NCBI GenBank assembly: GCA_001782825.1
Contig: MFPS01000003.1
Location: 1-42,352, forward strand
Direction: 5' to 3'
Source: Candidatus Magasanikbacteria bacterium RIFCSPHIGHO2_01_FULL_33_34
GTDB lineage: Bacteria; Patescibacteriota; Patescibacteriia; Magasanikbacterales; UBA922
Length of the DNA stretch: 42,352 bases
The translations under genes were made by a program, and so were the position numbers. Below are positions 10,030 through 17,736 of this stretch, in pieces. How positions within the stretch are numbered: position 1 is the stretch's first letter; each line of letters starts with the position of its first letter. The notes beneath the pieces are model-generated. The model made no database searches. It had not been told where the DNA came from and saw nothing but the letters and a program-made list of their open reading frames with translations.

Positions 10030-10752
10030 ATGATAACAATTTGGAATGATTTTTTGTATACGCCATTATTCAATCTATTGATTTGGATATATAATGGTTG
10101 GGCAGATGGAAATCTCGGTTGGTCAGTGATATATCTGACGGTTATTTTGCGTACTGTTTTATTACCATTTTCTCTTATAAACGAGTATAATAAGACCAAG
10201 AATGAAGCTTTGTACAGAGAAATAAAAGAAATAGAAAAAGTATATCAAAATGATGATATTCTCAAAAAACAAGAAATCAGACAAGCCATGAAAAAACGAA
10301 GAGTCCAGCCGTGGGCAAAAGCTGTGGTACTGGGTATTCAAGCACTCGTTTTGGTGTTGTTGTATCAAGTATTTATAGGTGGGCTCAAAGGGGATAAAAT
10401 AATTGAAACTTTGTATCCATCAATTGCATGGCCTGGAGTGATCAATACCAATTTTTATGGATTTGAGTTGGGTATGACGCATGATATCATTTGGTCAGGA
10501 ATTGTTGGTATATTTTTGCTGGTAGAGATATATATAAATTTGAGGAGGTTCAAAGGTGGTATTGAACGAAAAGATTTGACTTATTTTATTTTATTTCCAA
10601 CATTTATTTTTATTTTACTTTGGATAATCCCAATGGTTAAGTCATTGTTTATACTCACTTCACTTATATTTTCGGTAGTAGTAGGAAATATAGCTCGGTT
10701 GTTTTTCCAAGAGATAGTGAAGAGAAATTTAGTAAAATTACCTAAAAATTAA
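10030..10752 (+). CDS. yidC: YidC/Oxa1-family membrane protein insertase (short form)
   Basis: N-terminal FLYTPLFNLLIWIYN...GWSVIYLTVILRTVLLPFSL matches the hallmark first TM region of YidC. It is followed by a basic amphipathic segment and further TM helices. Confidence 0.65.
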   Translation: MITIWNDFLYTPLFNLLIWIYNGWADGNLGWSVIYLTVILRTVLLPFSLINEYNKTKNEALYREIKEIEKVYQNDDILKKQEIRQAMKKRRVQPWAKAVVLGIQALVLVLLYQVFIGGLKGDKIIETLYPSIAWPGVINTNFYGFELGMTHDIIWSGIVGIFLLVEIYINLRRFKGGIERKDLTYFILFPTFIFILLWIIPMVKSLFILTSLIFSVVVGNIARLFFQEIVKRNLVKLPKN

Positions 10753-10775
10753 GAATTAATATTTAATATTAAAAT

Positions 10776-11366
10776 ATGTCTGAGTCCCTTGATAAATTGA
10801 TGTATTCCTTCGTAATGGAGGATGTGTTAAAAGGTCTTTTTATTTATGTGCCACCGGGATATGTTGCTTGTGTGTATGATTTGGGACGAGGGGTGCTTAA
10901 AAAAGTTTTAACACCGGGATTGCATTTTAAGATCCCATTTTGGCAAAAAGCAAAGCTTTTTAATACTCAGACTTTGGAATATAGTATTTTCCGTGATTTT
11001 AATTCACAAAATGAAAGAGCATTGGGGGATATTCCAATCGCAGCGGTTACAAAAGATAGCAAGAGGATTGCGGTTGAAGGTACAATTTTGCTTAGACTAG
11101 ATATTCACCAAATTCCAGCTATTTGGCAGACTATTGGTGAAGATTTTGTTGCCAAAATTATTAGACCAGCAGTTCGTAGTCGGATTAGGATGGTTGTCAG
11201 TCGTTTTGATCAGGTGGAATTGGTTGGTGATAAACGCAATGAAGTAGAGGAGAACTTAAAAAATGAATTGGAGAGAATATTTTATTCTCGGGGTATTTTT
11301 GTAGAGAATGTATTGTTGGGTGAGATCTCTAATATCCAAAAATATGTGAATGTTGCTAAAGAATAG
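10776..11366 (+). CDS. SPFH/Band-7 (prohibitin/HflC-like) domain protein
   Basis: GLHFKIPFWQKAKLFNTQTLEY plus the downstream SPFH-like pattern (TKDSKRIAVEGTILLRL...IIRPAVRSRIR). Confidence 0.6.
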   Translation: MSESLDKLMYSFVMEDVLKGLFIYVPPGYVACVYDLGRGVLKKVLTPGLHFKIPFWQKAKLFNTQTLEYSIFRDFNSQNERALGDIPIAAVTKDSKRIAVEGTILLRLDIHQIPAIWQTIGEDFVAKIIRPAVRSRIRMVVSRFDQVELVGDKRNEVEENLKNELERIFYSRGIFVENVLLGEISNIQKYVNVAKE

Positions 11367-11390
11367 TGGTAGATGATGATATATAATATA

Positions 11391-11420
11391 AAATCCTGTG
11401 AAAGCAGGGTTTTTGATTTT
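11391..11420 (+). terminator. Intrinsic terminator after the SPFH gene
   Basis: AAATCCTG-tgaaag-CAGGGTTT stem (one G.U pair) followed by TTTTGATTTT. Confidence 0.6.
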
Positions 11421-11440
11421 GGTGGTAATAAGTATAGGGG

Positions 11441-11469
11441 TTGACAGTCATTTATCCACATGGTATATT
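11441..11469 (+). promoter_or_regulatory. sigma70-type promoter of the hrcA operon (TTGACA-N17-TATATT)
   Basis: TTGACA at 11441-11446, a 17-nt spacer, TATATT at 11464-11469. The spacer contains a perfect TTATCCACA at 11452-11460. Confidence 0.7.
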
Positions 11470-11494
11470 AGCACTCAATATAAAAGAGTGCTAA
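11468..11494 (+). promoter_or_regulatory. CIRCE operator (HrcA binding site)
   Basis: TTAGCACTC-N9-GAGTGCTAA is a perfect match to the CIRCE consensus. It overlaps the -10 element and ends 1 nt before the hrcA ATG. Confidence 0.95.
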
Positions 11495-11495
11495 A

Positions 11496-12185
11496 ATGTA
11501 TTTGTATATGGATAGTAGAAAAGAACAATTACTCCAATTAATAGTTGAAAATTATTTACAGACTGCTGAACCAGTAGGGTCTAAATTTTTGATAGAATCA
11601 GCTGGTTTGGATGTGAGTGGTGCAACAGTCCGCAATGAAATGCGTGATTTGGAAGAACAGGGTTATTTGACACATCCACATACATCAGCTGGTAGGATTC
11701 CAACTGAAAAGGGGTATATTCATTATATTGAAAACATAATGAAAATTGATGATTTGAAAAGCAATACAAAAAAAGAAATAGATGAAATAGCTAAGTCTGG
11801 AGAGAATGTTTTGAAAGAAATTGCCAAATATACTGCTGAATATCTAGACTATTCTGTAATGGTTGCATTAAATCACAATAGCATATATTATACTGGCATT
11901 TCCAATTTGTTTTCTCAGGCTGAATTTAGAAATTATGCGCACACAGTGAGTGTTTCAACTATTTTTGATGAGTGTGAAGAAAGAATGGAAAGTCTGTATG
12001 ATGTAGTTGATGATGAAATAAAAGTATTGGTCGGTAGAAATAATCCACTTGGAAATGCATGTGGTACGGTTGCTACCAAGATTGGAGGTACATCTTTGTT
12101 TGCAATTTTGGGGCCAATGAGAATGGACTATGCCAAATCAGTTAGTATATTAAATCATATTAAAACAATTATAAAAAATAATTAA
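11496..12185 (+). CDS. hrcA: Heat-inducible transcription repressor HrcA (short form)
   Basis: N-terminal wHTH signature (EPVGSKFL...VSGATVRNEMRDLEEQGYLTHPHTSAGRIPTEKGY). CIRCE lies immediately upstream and grpE-dnaK-dnaJ downstream. Confidence 0.9.
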   Translation: MYLYMDSRKEQLLQLIVENYLQTAEPVGSKFLIESAGLDVSGATVRNEMRDLEEQGYLTHPHTSAGRIPTEKGYIHYIENIMKIDDLKSNTKKEIDEIAKSGENVLKEIAKYTAEYLDYSVMVALNHNSIYYTGISNLFSQAEFRNYAHTVSVSTIFDECEERMESLYDVVDDEIKVLVGRNNPLGNACGTVATKIGGTSLFAILGPMRMDYAKSVSILNHIKTIIKNN

Positions 12186-12187
12186 TT

Positions 12188-12275
12188 TAGTAATTATCCT
12201 TTTCACTCATTCTCACTTTGATTCCGAGGCATTTGCCTGTTGTGGCAAATGAATCCGTGAAAAGGATAAGTACTA
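12188..12275 (+). repeat. Interspersed structured element, copy 1 (short form, most diverged core)
   Basis: Outer stem 12188-12206 / 12257-12275 (18 of 19 bp). Core is ctcattctcactttgattccgagg + hairpin CATTTGCC-tgttgt-GGCAAATG + aatccg. Confidence 0.85.
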
Positions 12276-12297
12276 AATTAAATATTAAGTAGTTTTT

Positions 12298-12810
12298 ATG
12301 ACAAATGATAAAAAAAAAGATGAATTAGAAAATGAAGAATTGGATAATAATGATAATAAGACAAGTGAATTAGATGAAATCAAAGCAAAGTGTGAAGAAT
12401 ATAAAGCTGGATGGCTGAGGGCGCAAGCTGATTACCAAAATTTGCAAAAAGAAGTTGAAAATAAACGAAGTGAATGGGTGAAAATGAGTGAAGTACAGAT
12501 TTTGGAGGATTTTATTCCAGTCTATGACAATTTTAAAAAAGCTTTTGGACATGATATCAAGGATGGACAGTTTGATAGCTGGAAAAAGGGAATAGAATAT
12601 ATAATGAAACAGTTTAGTGATATTTTGACAAGTTATAAGATTGAAGAGATAAAAACAGTTGGTGAAATATTTAATCCAGAATTACATGAAGCAGTTGGTG
12701 AAGAAGAAGCAGTAGATAAAGCAGATGGGGAAATATTGAAAGAAATTGATACTGGATATAAGGTTGGGGACAAAATTATAAAATGCGCAAAAGTGGTAGT
12801 CAATAAATAA
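12298..12810 (+). CDS. grpE: Nucleotide exchange factor GrpE
   Basis: GWLRAQADYQNLQKEVENKR coiled-coil signature and a C-terminal beta domain. Sits between hrcA and dnaK. Confidence 0.9.
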   Translation: MTNDKKKDELENEELDNNDNKTSELDEIKAKCEEYKAGWLRAQADYQNLQKEVENKRSEWVKMSEVQILEDFIPVYDNFKKAFGHDIKDGQFDSWKKGIEYIMKQFSDILTSYKIEEIKTVGEIFNPELHEAVGEEEAVDKADGEILKEIDTGYKVGDKIIKCAKVVVNK

Positions 12811-12826
12811 AAATAAAAAAGCTACC

Positions 12827-12846
12827 ATCCCCGCGGAGGCGGGGAT
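12827..12846 (+). terminator. GC-rich hairpin after grpE (terminator/attenuator or mRNA stabiliser; no U-tract)
   Basis: ATCCCCGC-ggag-GCGGGGAT, a perfect 8-bp stem. Confidence 0.45.
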
Positions 12847-12887
12847 CTAGGATATTAAATTAAAAATTAGAAATTAAATTAAAATAT

Positions 12888-13292
12888 ATGCATTTAATAC
12901 AATATGATCCATTTGCAGAAATGGAAAAAATGTTTAATTCTCAGTCATTTTCACCAGCATTAGATGTTTATGAAGAAAAAGATAGTGTAATAGTAGAAAC
13001 TTCACTTGCTGGAGTTGATACAAAAAATGTGGATATCAGTGTTCAAAAAAGTGTTTTGACAATTCAAGGTGAAAATAAAAAAGAACATGAAATAGATGAT
13101 AAAAATTATTATAGAAAAGAGATTCGTAGTGGTTCATTTTATAGACAAGTTGCGTTACCTGTACCAGTAAAAGAGCAGGAAATCAAAGCAGAGTTCAGTG
13201 ATGGAGTGCTTAAAATTATTTGTCCAAAAGCAGAAGCAGTAGAACCAAAGAAAATAACTATAGAGGTAATTAATAAAGATAAAAGTAGATAG
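12888..13292 (+). CDS. Small heat-shock protein, Hsp20/alpha-crystallin family
   Basis: Alpha-crystallin domain pattern (DVYEEKDSVIVETSLAGVDTKNVDISVQKSVLTIQGE...FYRQVALPVPV...AEFSDGVLKIICPK). Confidence 0.9.
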   Translation: MHLIQYDPFAEMEKMFNSQSFSPALDVYEEKDSVIVETSLAGVDTKNVDISVQKSVLTIQGENKKEHEIDDKNYYRKEIRSGSFYRQVALPVPVKEQEIKAEFSDGVLKIICPKAEAVEPKKITIEVINKDKSR

Positions 13293-13330
13293 CTATATAA
13301 CCAGTAATTAAAAATAAATAATAAAAACAT

Positions 13331-15286
13331 ATGCCAAAAATATTAGGAATTGATTTGGGAACAACAAATTCATGCATGGCAATCACAGAAGGTGGTCAGC
13401 CAAAAGTATTGGAAAATAAGGAAGGAAATAGAACTACTCCTTCTATTATTGCAATGTCAAAATCAGGTGATAGATTGGTGGGCCAATTGGCCAAAAGACA
13501 ATCAGTCACCAATCCACAAAATACGCTCTATTCAATCAAGCGTTTGATTGGTCGTAGATTTGAGGACAAAGAAGTGCAAGATGTTGCCAAGCATATGCCA
13601 TACAAGATTGTGGCTGATGGTGAGAAAATAAAAGTAAAAATGGGTGACAAAGATTATACTGCGCCAGAGATTTCAGCGATGGTATTACAAAAACTAAAAG
13701 CCGATGCAGAAGAAAAAACTGGTGAAAAAATCACTCAAGCAGTCATTACAGTACCAGCATATTTTGATGATTCACAAAGACAAGCGACCAAAAATGCTGG
13801 TGAAATTGCTGGGCTTGAGGTACTCCGAATCATCAATGAACCGACTGCGGCTGCTTTTGCCTATGGTTTTGACAAAAAAGATGATCAACAAATTGTTGTA
13901 TATGATTTGGGTGGTGGTACTTTTGATGTATCAGTATTGGATATCAGTCATGATACTGCAGAGGGTCTTTCAACCGTAGAAGTAAAATCAACCAATGGAG
14001 ATACTCATCTGGGAGGAGATGACTTTGATAACAAAGTCATCCAATGGATTTTGGAAGAGTTTAAAAAGATTGAAGGGATTGATTTGTCCAAAGATCCACT
14101 TTCATTACAACGGGTAAAAGACGCTGCTGAGAAGGTCAAAATAGAGCTTTCTAGCACTCCTGAGAGTGAAATCAATGAACCATTCATTACTTCAACTGCT
14201 GATGGTCCAAAACATTTGAATATAAAATTGTCTCGCGCTAAATTGGAAGAATTGGTAATGGATTTGGTTGAAAAAACTATGACTCCAGTCAAAAAAGCGA
14301 TTGAAGACGCTGGTATGAAGAAAGAAGATATTGATGAAGTGATATTGGTCGGCGGTATGACTCGTATGCCATTGGTACAAAAGAAAGTTGAAGAATTTTT
14401 TGGTAAAAAACCAAATATTACTGTGAATCCAGATGAGGTAGTAGCAGTCGGAGCCGCTATACAAGCTGGACAGCTTCAAGGGGACTTGGGTAAAGAAATT
14501 CTTTTACTTGATGTTACACCGCTTTCACTTGGTATTGAAACTATGGGTTCAGTTTCAACTAAGTTGATTGAACGCAATACTACAATCCCGACTAGCAAGA
14601 CTCAAGTTTTCTCAACCGCGGCTGACAATCAACCAAGTGTAGAGATTCATGTCTTGCAAGGTGAACGCCAAATGGCATCTGACAACAAAACTTTGGGTAG
14701 ATTTATGTTGGACGGTATTCCACCAGCTCCACGCGGAGTGCCACAAGTAGAAGTAAAATTTGATATTGATGCCAATGGAATTCTCAATGTTTCTGCAAAG
14801 GACAAAGGTACTGGCAAAGAACAATCAATTCGCATTGAAGCTTCAAGTGGATTGTCTGATGAGGAGATTGAAAAGATGAAAAAAGATGCAGAATTACATG
14901 CCGAAGAAGATAAAAAGAAACGAGATATGATTGAAATCAAAAATACTGCTGACACAATGGTGTATACTACTGAAAAAATGATGAAAGATGTAGAAGAAAA
15001 GAAAATTGCCATAACCGATGAAGAAAAGAAAAAGGTGGAAGATGCACTCGCAAAAGTAAAAGAATTGAAAGAAAAAGATGATATGGAAGCGCTCAAAAAA
15101 GCATCTGAAGAATTGACTGAATCAGCTCAAGCAGTAGGGATGAAGATGTATCAGCAAGAATCAGAAAAACAAAAAGCCGAAGGTGGTGAACAAGTTGATC
15201 CACAAAAAGCAGCAGAAGATGAATTGAACAAAGAAAAAGAAGGTGAGGCGGTTGATGGTGAAGTGGTTGAGGATGATAAGAAATAA
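13331..15286 (+). CDS. dnaK: Chaperone DnaK (Hsp70)
   Basis: [33 protein letters not shown] and other Hsp70 signatures over the full length. Confidence 0.98.
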   Translation: MPKILGIDLGTTNSCMAITEGGQPKVLENKEGNRTTPSIIAMSKSGDRLVGQLAKRQSVTNPQNTLYSIKRLIGRRFEDKEVQDVAKHMPYKIVADGEKIKVKMGDKDYTAPEISAMVLQKLKADAEEKTGEKITQAVITVPAYFDDSQRQATKNAGEIAGLEVLRIINEPTAAAFAYGFDKKDDQQIVVYDLGGGTFDVSVLDISHDTAEGLSTVEVKSTNGDTHLGGDDFDNKVIQWILEEFKKIEGIDLSKDPLSLQRVKDAAEKVKIELSSTPESEINEPFITSTADGPKHLNIKLSRAKLEELVMDLVEKTMTPVKKAIEDAGMKKEDIDEVILVGGMTRMPLVQKKVEEFFGKKPNITVNPDEVVAVGAAIQAGQLQGDLGKEILLLDVTPLSLGIETMGSVSTKLIERNTTIPTSKTQVFSTAADNQPSVEIHVLQGERQMASDNKTLGRFMLDGIPPAPRGVPQVEVKFDIDANGILNVSAKDKGTGKEQSIRIEASSGLSDEEIEKMKKDAELHAEEDKKKRDMIEIKNTADTMVYTTEKMMKDVEEKKIAITDEEKKKVEDALAKVKELKEKDDMEALKKASEELTESAQAVGMKMYQQESEKQKAEGGEQVDPQKAAEDELNKEKEGEAVDGEVVEDDKK

Positions 15287-15300
15287 GACTTAAGACATAA

Positions 15301-15324
15301 GTACCCCGCCTGATGGTGGGGTAC
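15301..15324 (+). terminator. GC-rich hairpin after dnaK (no U-tract)
   Basis: GTACCCCGCC-tgat-GGTGGGGTAC, a 10-bp stem with one G.U pair. The stem sequence resembles the hairpin after grpE. Confidence 0.45.
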
Positions 15325-15367
15325 TCGTATACTTTATACTTAATACAAAATACTTTATATTACACAC

Positions 15368-16453
15368 ATGTCCAAAGACTACTACAAAACACTCGGCGTT
15401 GAAAAAAGTGCTTCGGCGGATGAGCTCAAAAAAGCTTTTCGTAAACTTGCTCATAAGTATCATCCCGATAAACAGGGAGGGGACGAAGCCAAGTTCAAGG
15501 AAGTAAACGAAGCTTATCAAGTGCTGGGTAATGAACAAAAGCGTGCGCAATATGATCAATATGGGGCTGATTTTGAGTCTCAGGGTGGTTTTGGTGGTGG
15601 GGCTGGTTGGGAGGATTTTATGCGGGCGAGTCGTGGACAAGGTGGAGCGCAGTTTGATTTTGGTGATATAGATTTGGGTGATTTGTTTGGTGGAATGTTT
15701 GGTGGTGGTGGACGCAGACAGCGACAGCGTCGAGGCAATGATATCCAAGTTGATGTGCAGATTGAATTCAAGGAGGCAGTTTTTGGGGTGGAAAAAGAAA
15801 TTCGTTTGAATAAAAATAACAATTGTGATGTCTGTGCTGGTAGTGGAGCTGAGCCTGGTTCAAATGTAAAAAAATGCGCAGAATGCAATGGTCATGGTCA
15901 AGTCAAACAAGTCCAGCGTACTATTCTAGGAGCAATGCAGACAGTAGCGACCTGTCCATCTTGCGCAGGTGCTGGGGAAAAAGCCGAAAAAAGTTGCAAG
16001 CATTGTGGAGGTGATGGGCGAGTACGAAGTGAGTCAGTCTACAAAGTAAAAATTCCTGCCGGTATCCATGATGAAGGTACTATAAAACTGGCTGGGAAAG
16101 GTGAGAGCGCTGGAGTTGGTGGGCAATCAGGGGATTTGTATGTAGTAGTCCATATAAAGGCTGACAAAATATTTGAACGTGATGGTTATGATATTTATAC
16201 AGATTTGCATATTAATTATCCGCAAGCAGTGTTGGGTGATAAAGTAGAAATTGATACGCTTGATGGTAAAAAAAGATTGGTAATACCCGAAGGTGTGGAT
16301 TCGCATCAACAAATTCGTTTGAAAGGCTTGGGTGTGCCAAATCTGTCTGGTAGTGGTAGGGGCAGTCACTATGTACGAGTGATAGTAGATATCCCTAAAA
16401 AAATCAATCGCAATGCAAAGAAACTTATACAAGATTTGATAGAAGAATTATAA
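15368..16453 (+). CDS. dnaJ: Co-chaperone DnaJ (type I: J domain, G/F region, CxxCxGxG zinc fingers)
   Basis: DYYKTLGV...HPD J domain, a GGFGGG region, and the motifs CDVCAGSG, CAECNGHG, CPSCAGAG and CKHCGGDG. Confidence 0.97.
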   Translation: MSKDYYKTLGVEKSASADELKKAFRKLAHKYHPDKQGGDEAKFKEVNEAYQVLGNEQKRAQYDQYGADFESQGGFGGGAGWEDFMRASRGQGGAQFDFGDIDLGDLFGGMFGGGGRRQRQRRGNDIQVDVQIEFKEAVFGVEKEIRLNKNNNCDVCAGSGAEPGSNVKKCAECNGHGQVKQVQRTILGAMQTVATCPSCAGAGEKAEKSCKHCGGDGRVRSESVYKVKIPAGIHDEGTIKLAGKGESAGVGGQSGDLYVVVHIKADKIFERDGYDIYTDLHINYPQAVLGDKVEIDTLDGKKRLVIPEGVDSHQQIRLKGLGVPNLSGSGRGSHYVRVIVDIPKKINRNAKKLIQDLIEEL

Positions 16454-16497
16454 AAATTAAAAAATCATTTATTAATTAATAAATGATTTTTTAATTT
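16454..16497 (+). terminator. AT-rich palindromic terminator after dnaJ
   Basis: AAAAATCATTTATT-aatt-AATAAATGATTTTT, perfect at 16460-16491 and extendable, followed by T residues. Confidence 0.6.
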
Positions 16498-16517
16498 AGT
16501 ATTTTTTATCTGTAAGA

Positions 16518-16546
16518 TTGACAAAAGTCAATATCTACGGTACATT
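16518..16546 (+). promoter_or_regulatory. Promoter of small orphan gene A (TTGACA-N17-TACATT)
   Basis: TTGACA at 16518-16523, 17-nt spacer, TACATT at 16541-16546. AAAGGAG SD at about 16558-16564, with the ATG at 16571. Confidence 0.65.
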
Positions 16547-16570
16547 ATAAATTATAAAAAGGAGTACACA

Positions 16571-16774
16571 ATGAGAGATGAACAATTGGATAGAGAAGTT
16601 GATTTTCTTCGGAAAATCGAAAATGTCCTTATTAGACTAGGTAAATGTAAAAATAGCACACAAGCTGCGGTAATGATTTACGATAGAATTATGCAATGGA
16701 CAAATGGTTGTCCTGAAATTGCACGCAAGTGCTTTGAAGCTTTTTTAAGGGCTAATGCTAATGTATCTGTTTAG
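16571..16774 (+). CDS. Small orphan protein A (67 aa), no recognisable family
   Basis: Has its own consensus promoter, a canonical SD 6 nt before the ATG, and its own terminator. Host-like AT-rich codons. Confidence 0.6.
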   Translation: MRDEQLDREVDFLRKIENVLIRLGKCKNSTQAAVMIYDRIMQWTNGCPEIARKCFEAFLRANANVSV

Positions 16775-16790
16775 TTCTTCTCTTGACCCA

Positions 16791-16825
16791 CCACCCAATG
16801 CAAAGCATCGGGTGGTTTTGATTTT
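16791..16825 (+). terminator. Intrinsic terminator of orphan gene A
   Basis: CCACCCAATGC-aaa-GCATCGGGTGG (one mismatch) followed by TTTTGATTTT. Confidence 0.7.
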
Positions 16826-16828
16826 ATA

Positions 16829-16857
16829 TTGACAAAATGATAAAAATAACCTACATT
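16829..16857 (+). promoter_or_regulatory. Promoter of small orphan gene B (TTGACA-N17-TACATT)
   Basis: TTGACA at 16829-16834, 17-nt spacer, TACATT at 16852-16857. AAAGGAG at 16871-16877, with the ATG at 16886. Confidence 0.65.
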
Positions 16858-16885
16858 AAATTTAAGAAACAAAGGAGAAATAGTC

Positions 16886-17107
16886 ATGCATGATTATGGT
16901 CTAACTGATGAGCATATTAGATGTTTGATGTTGGCATCACAATCAGATAGGCTCTGGAGAGAAATGGCAATTATTGTAGCTGTTGAAGGAAACCTAAAAG
17001 ATAGGGAATCCGCAAGAGTAGTTACTAATAATTTTACTACCGGACTTGGTCCAAAAGGGCGAAAAGCCCGTTGGTATTTTTTGAGAAGCCAGTATCCTTT
17101 TGATTGA
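16886..17107 (+). CDS. Small orphan protein B (73 aa), no recognisable family
   Basis: Own promoter, canonical SD 8 nt upstream of the ATG, followed by a perfect 14-bp hairpin. Confidence 0.6.
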   Translation: MHDYGLTDEHIRCLMLASQSDRLWREMAIIVAVEGNLKDRESARVVTNNFTTGLGPKGRKARWYFLRSQYPFD

Positions 17108-17139
17108 TTGGGTGATTAGTGAATATCATCCAAAACATA

Positions 17140-17172
17140 TTGACCTGCATGATAGTAAATCATGCAGGTCAA
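17140..17172. terminator. Bidirectional hairpin terminator between orphan gene B (+) and rnhA (-)
   Basis: TTGACCTGCATGAT-agtaa-ATCATGCAGGTCAA, a perfect 14-bp stem between convergent genes. Confidence 0.7.
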
Positions 17173-17196
17173 TACAAAACATCAGATTGATAATGT

Positions 17197-17598
17197 CTAA
17201 GCATGTTTATCAAGAATTTTATTTACTTCCGCATCAGCTTCTTTATTATTTTCGCGCCGTGTATGGCGTATTTTTATTTTTTTGAATTTTTGACTAGCAT
17301 TCCAGGCTTTGGTAAAAAGTTTTTGGAGTGTAGGTTCTTTTACTTTCCAATTTCCGTTCAATTGTTCCACTATTAATTTACTATCTAATATGCAGTCTAC
17401 TTCGTCAGCGTCTAGTTCAAAGGCTTTTTCTAAGCCAGAAATCATGGCAGAGTATTCTGCATAATTGTTGGTTTGTTTGCCTAGATATTCGCCGTATGAA
17501 GCGACTATTTCACCTTTTTCGTTTTTTATTACTACTCCAGTTGCAGCTGGTCCTGGATTACCACGGGCACCGCCGTCAGTATGAATTGTTAATTTCAT
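17197..17598 (-). CDS. rnhA: Ribonuclease H (type 1 family)
   Basis: HTDGGARGNPGPAATGVVI...NNYAEYSAMISGLEKA...HTRRENNKEAD carries the RNase H D-E-D-D motifs. Confidence 0.85.
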   Translation of the reverse strand: MKLTIHTDGGARGNPGPAATGVVIKNEKGEIVASYGEYLGKQTNNYAEYSAMISGLEKAFELDADEVDCILDSKLIVEQLNGNWKVKEPTLQKLFTKAWNASQKFKKIKIRHTRRENNKEADAEVNKILDKHA

Positions 17599-17614
17599 AA
17601 GTATTGTTTTTATT

Positions 17615-17732
17615 TACATAATATAATTTATCTTTTACTCCCTGCCTGCCGGCAGGCAGGATTCTCGCTGTGGCTCCGAGGCAGTTGTCTGTTGTGACAA
17701 CTGAATCCGTTCAAGATAAATTATATTATGTA
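17615..17732 (+). repeat. Interspersed structured element, copy 2 (long form with the 20-nt palindrome)
   Basis: Perfect 20-bp outer stem 17615-17634 / 17713-17732. Palindrome CCTGCCTGCCGGCAGGCAGG at 17641-17660. Core is attctcgctgtggctccgagg + hairpin CAGTTGTC-tgttgt-GACAACTG + aatccg. Confidence 0.9.
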
Positions 17733-17736
17733 ATAT

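Noticed and set aside
11452-11460. Perfect DnaA boxes (TTATCCACA at 11452-11460, and its complement at 28060-28068), considered as evidence for oriC in the window.
   Set aside because: These are single isolated boxes inside promoters. There is no cluster of boxes with an AT-rich unwinding element, no dnaA or dnaN nearby, and no clear gene-strand switch.
14005-15888. Antisense and alternative-frame ORFs inside dnaK and dnaJ (for example 14647-15096 -, 15290-15748 -, 15580-15888 -). Similar ones lie inside the glycine-rich gene (2029-2319 -, 2309-2497 +), recJ, lepA, dnaB and others.
   Set aside because: They lie wholly within strongly supported conserved CDS and translate to low-complexity sequence. 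They are typical shadow ORFs.
16905-16912. A second CTGATGAG heptamer/octamer, considered as a possible second hammerhead.
   Set aside because: It lies inside orphan ORF B (codons for L-T-D-E). No stem II hairpin closed by a G-C pair followed by GAAA exists downstream, and no stems I or III can be drawn.
17100-17285. 61-aa + strand ORF after orphan gene B.
   Set aside because: It spans the 14-bp bidirectional terminator hairpin and then runs antisense to the 3' end of rnhA. It has no start signals.
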